This document shows, in pieces, positions 62,310 through 64,000 of a DNA stretch of 64,000 bases. The stretch spans positions 14,418,684-14,482,683 of the forward strand of contig OZ316896.1 in the NCBI GenBank assembly GCA_973895155.1. The letters are read 5' to 3'. Both the position numbers and the translations under genes were made by a program. The stretch is from Marsupella aquatica. Lineage: Eukaryota > Plantae > Marchantiophyta. Position 1 is the stretch's first letter. Each line of letters opens with the position of its first letter. The notes beneath the pieces were generated by a model. That model did no database searches. It had not been told where the DNA came from and worked only from the letters and a program-made list of their open reading frames with translations.

Positions 62310-64000
62310 CCGTCTTCCCCCGAACACAAGGCCCGGGCGTTGTGTTCGAATATGACATTTTTTGACCCCTAAAAGTAAAAAGTGATATTTATTCGAACAC
62401 AACGTCCAATTAACACAGCGCCCGGGCGCTGTGTTCGAGTGTGGCGTTGTGTTTGAAGTTTGCGCAGCTTTGACATTGTGTTAGAATTTTGCACATACTT
62501 TTGAAGTTGGCGCTGTGTGAGACCTTCGGTAGGTAGTGTACACTTCAAATTGAACAAACGAAGCAGGCAGTCCACAATTTTTGCACAATGTAGCAACAAT
62601 ATATCGAGCAAAAGCTCATAACACATAGTCCACTCCTTTATTTCCTTCTCAATGTGCAAACGCACCAAGTTACAAATCAGATCGAAAGTGGATCTGTCTC
62701 TGACTAAAGTCTACAAATCTGTGAATCCTACTCTGACTATTCTCGCTCAAATCGGTTCATCAGATTTGTGATAGGCTTTCCGTTCGGCAATAGGACAGAG
62801 ATCCTCTTCGCTCTCTTGGCTGGCTTTGGTGGCGGGGAGAACTCAGTGAAGCTATCCAGAAGTGACAAATCAAAATCCTCGATTGGTACTGCTTTCCCCA
62901 CACAAAGGCTTGAAGATATCCAATCAAAGCTCACGAACTTGATTCTCCCACTCGAGTGATAAAAGTCCACACATCCCCAATCATACTTCGCCAAAACAGT
63001 CTGCCAATTCTTGGCAATCACATGTGTAGTGATTGGACTGATCCGGTAACAGACAGAACCTCCGCATTTGACAAACCGTTTCTTCAATATGTCAAATCGG
63101 CCAGGGCTAAATTTGTCAGGAATCAACAGAGCATACATGCCCTCAAAAGTGCCTCTTGTCCTTTCAAATGCATGAGCCAGTGCATCCATCTCAACTTTGG
63201 GATCCATCTCAACATTCGGCTCCACCTTACTGTTTGCCTCATTCTGAATCTCAGTGCTTGCAACCAACGAGTCGATGGTAACCTCAAAGTCTGCCGCAAC
63301 ATCAATACGTGCATTCTCAGCATGCTCTGCCATCGCCACCAGCAAGCAGTGGAAAGAAGTGAAAAACCAGCGAAATGACTCTCCTTGCAAATGCCTCCCG
63401 CAATCCCGCCACTTTCAGAACTGACGTTGTGATCGATTTCCCGTAAAAATTGAAATAGGTCCAAAAGAGACAAAACTCAGTCTCAAAAGAGACAAAACAC
63501 ACCACCGTTCTCGCTCCATCACTAAATCGACAAAGTGCCTTAAGCCAACATCTCTAAACCTGGGAGTCTTCGGCTATGGACAGGAGAAGGGGCAAAGAGC
63601 TGGAACGAGAAGGGTGAGTGAAGAATTGAACTCTTCACTGAAGTGATGTTCTGGATTTCGCATTTGACATTGAAACTAATGCAACGCCCTACTCTACTTT
63701 TGCAGGAATTGCAGGAACAAAGTATACATTCCTGATGTTTGTGAAGCTTCACCTTGTACGTCCAGCTCTCTCCTACCTGGCTCGGGACATGAACATGTGA
63801 AGACGTAAACCAGGTCAGTGAGAAGCGAAGTTCAATTTTAGCAAAAGGGAAAGAAATGACCAGGACTGCCAATTCCTCATGTATATGCTTTCGATTAGAC
63901 TCAGATTTTGCCTCACTGCATCAGCCATCACCTGGCTAAATTTTCGACTGCTTGCTGAGAGGATGGCACTCCATTCGGATTGCTTGCAGGGCCTTCACTC
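62310..64000. mobile_element. Left end of a longer element of the same TIR family as the two MITEs, apparently running past the window edge
   Basis: CTA|CCGTCTTCCCCCGAACACAA at 62310, then ~150 bp homologous to the MITE left end, including the palindrome AACACAgCGCCCGGGCGcTGTGTT. The interior then differs, and no right TIR (GGGGAAGACGG) was seen before 64000. Confidence 0.7.
62737..63333 (-). CDS. Intronless BRCT-domain protein (~198 aa), reminiscent of the DNA polymerase lambda N-terminal BRCT
   Basis: FEGMYALL...LKKRFVKCGGSV...TTHVIA...KFVSFDWISSSLCVGKAVPIEDFDL fits the BRCT pattern (F-x-G, GG, THVI, WxxxS). C-terminal NLS-like PKPAKRAKR. First ATG at 63333; the listed ORF starts at TTG. 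Confidence 0.7.
   Translation of the reverse strand: MAEHAENARIDVAADFEVTIDSLVASTEIQNEANSKVEPNVEMDPKVEMDALAHAFERTRGTFEGMYALLIPDKFSPGRFDILKKRFVKCGGSVCYRISPITTHVIAKNWQTVLAKYDWGCVDFYHSSGRIKFVSFDWISSSLCVGKAVPIEDFDLSLLDSFTEFSPPPKPAKRAKRISVLLPNGKPITNLMNRFERE

Overview
Intron-rich nuclear DNA from a non-flowering land plant, most likely a bryophyte such as a liverwort. This is inferred from a flavodiiron protein gene, which angiosperms lack, and a bacterial-type short tRNase Z. Six recognisable host genes were assembled by eye from exons and splice signals: TDP2-like (-), UNG (+), tRNase Z (+), a CHCHD2/MIX17-like twin-CX9C protein (-), REV3 (+) and an intronless FLVB/Flv3-type flavodiiron protein (-). 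The first 13 kb is TE-rich: two 730-bp MITE copies with TA target duplications flank a 3'-truncated Ty1/copia element (Bianca-like) that has a 110-bp LTR and a half-tRNA-Ile primer site. At the right edge a third terminus of the same MITE family leads into different DNA carrying an intronless BRCT-domain ORF, a candidate gene-capturing (Pack-type) pogo/Tc1-mariner element and the most novel-looking item here. Two U12-type introns are visible, one in REV3 and one in tRNase Z. All calls come from reading the sequence; no searches were run and exon coordinates are manual.
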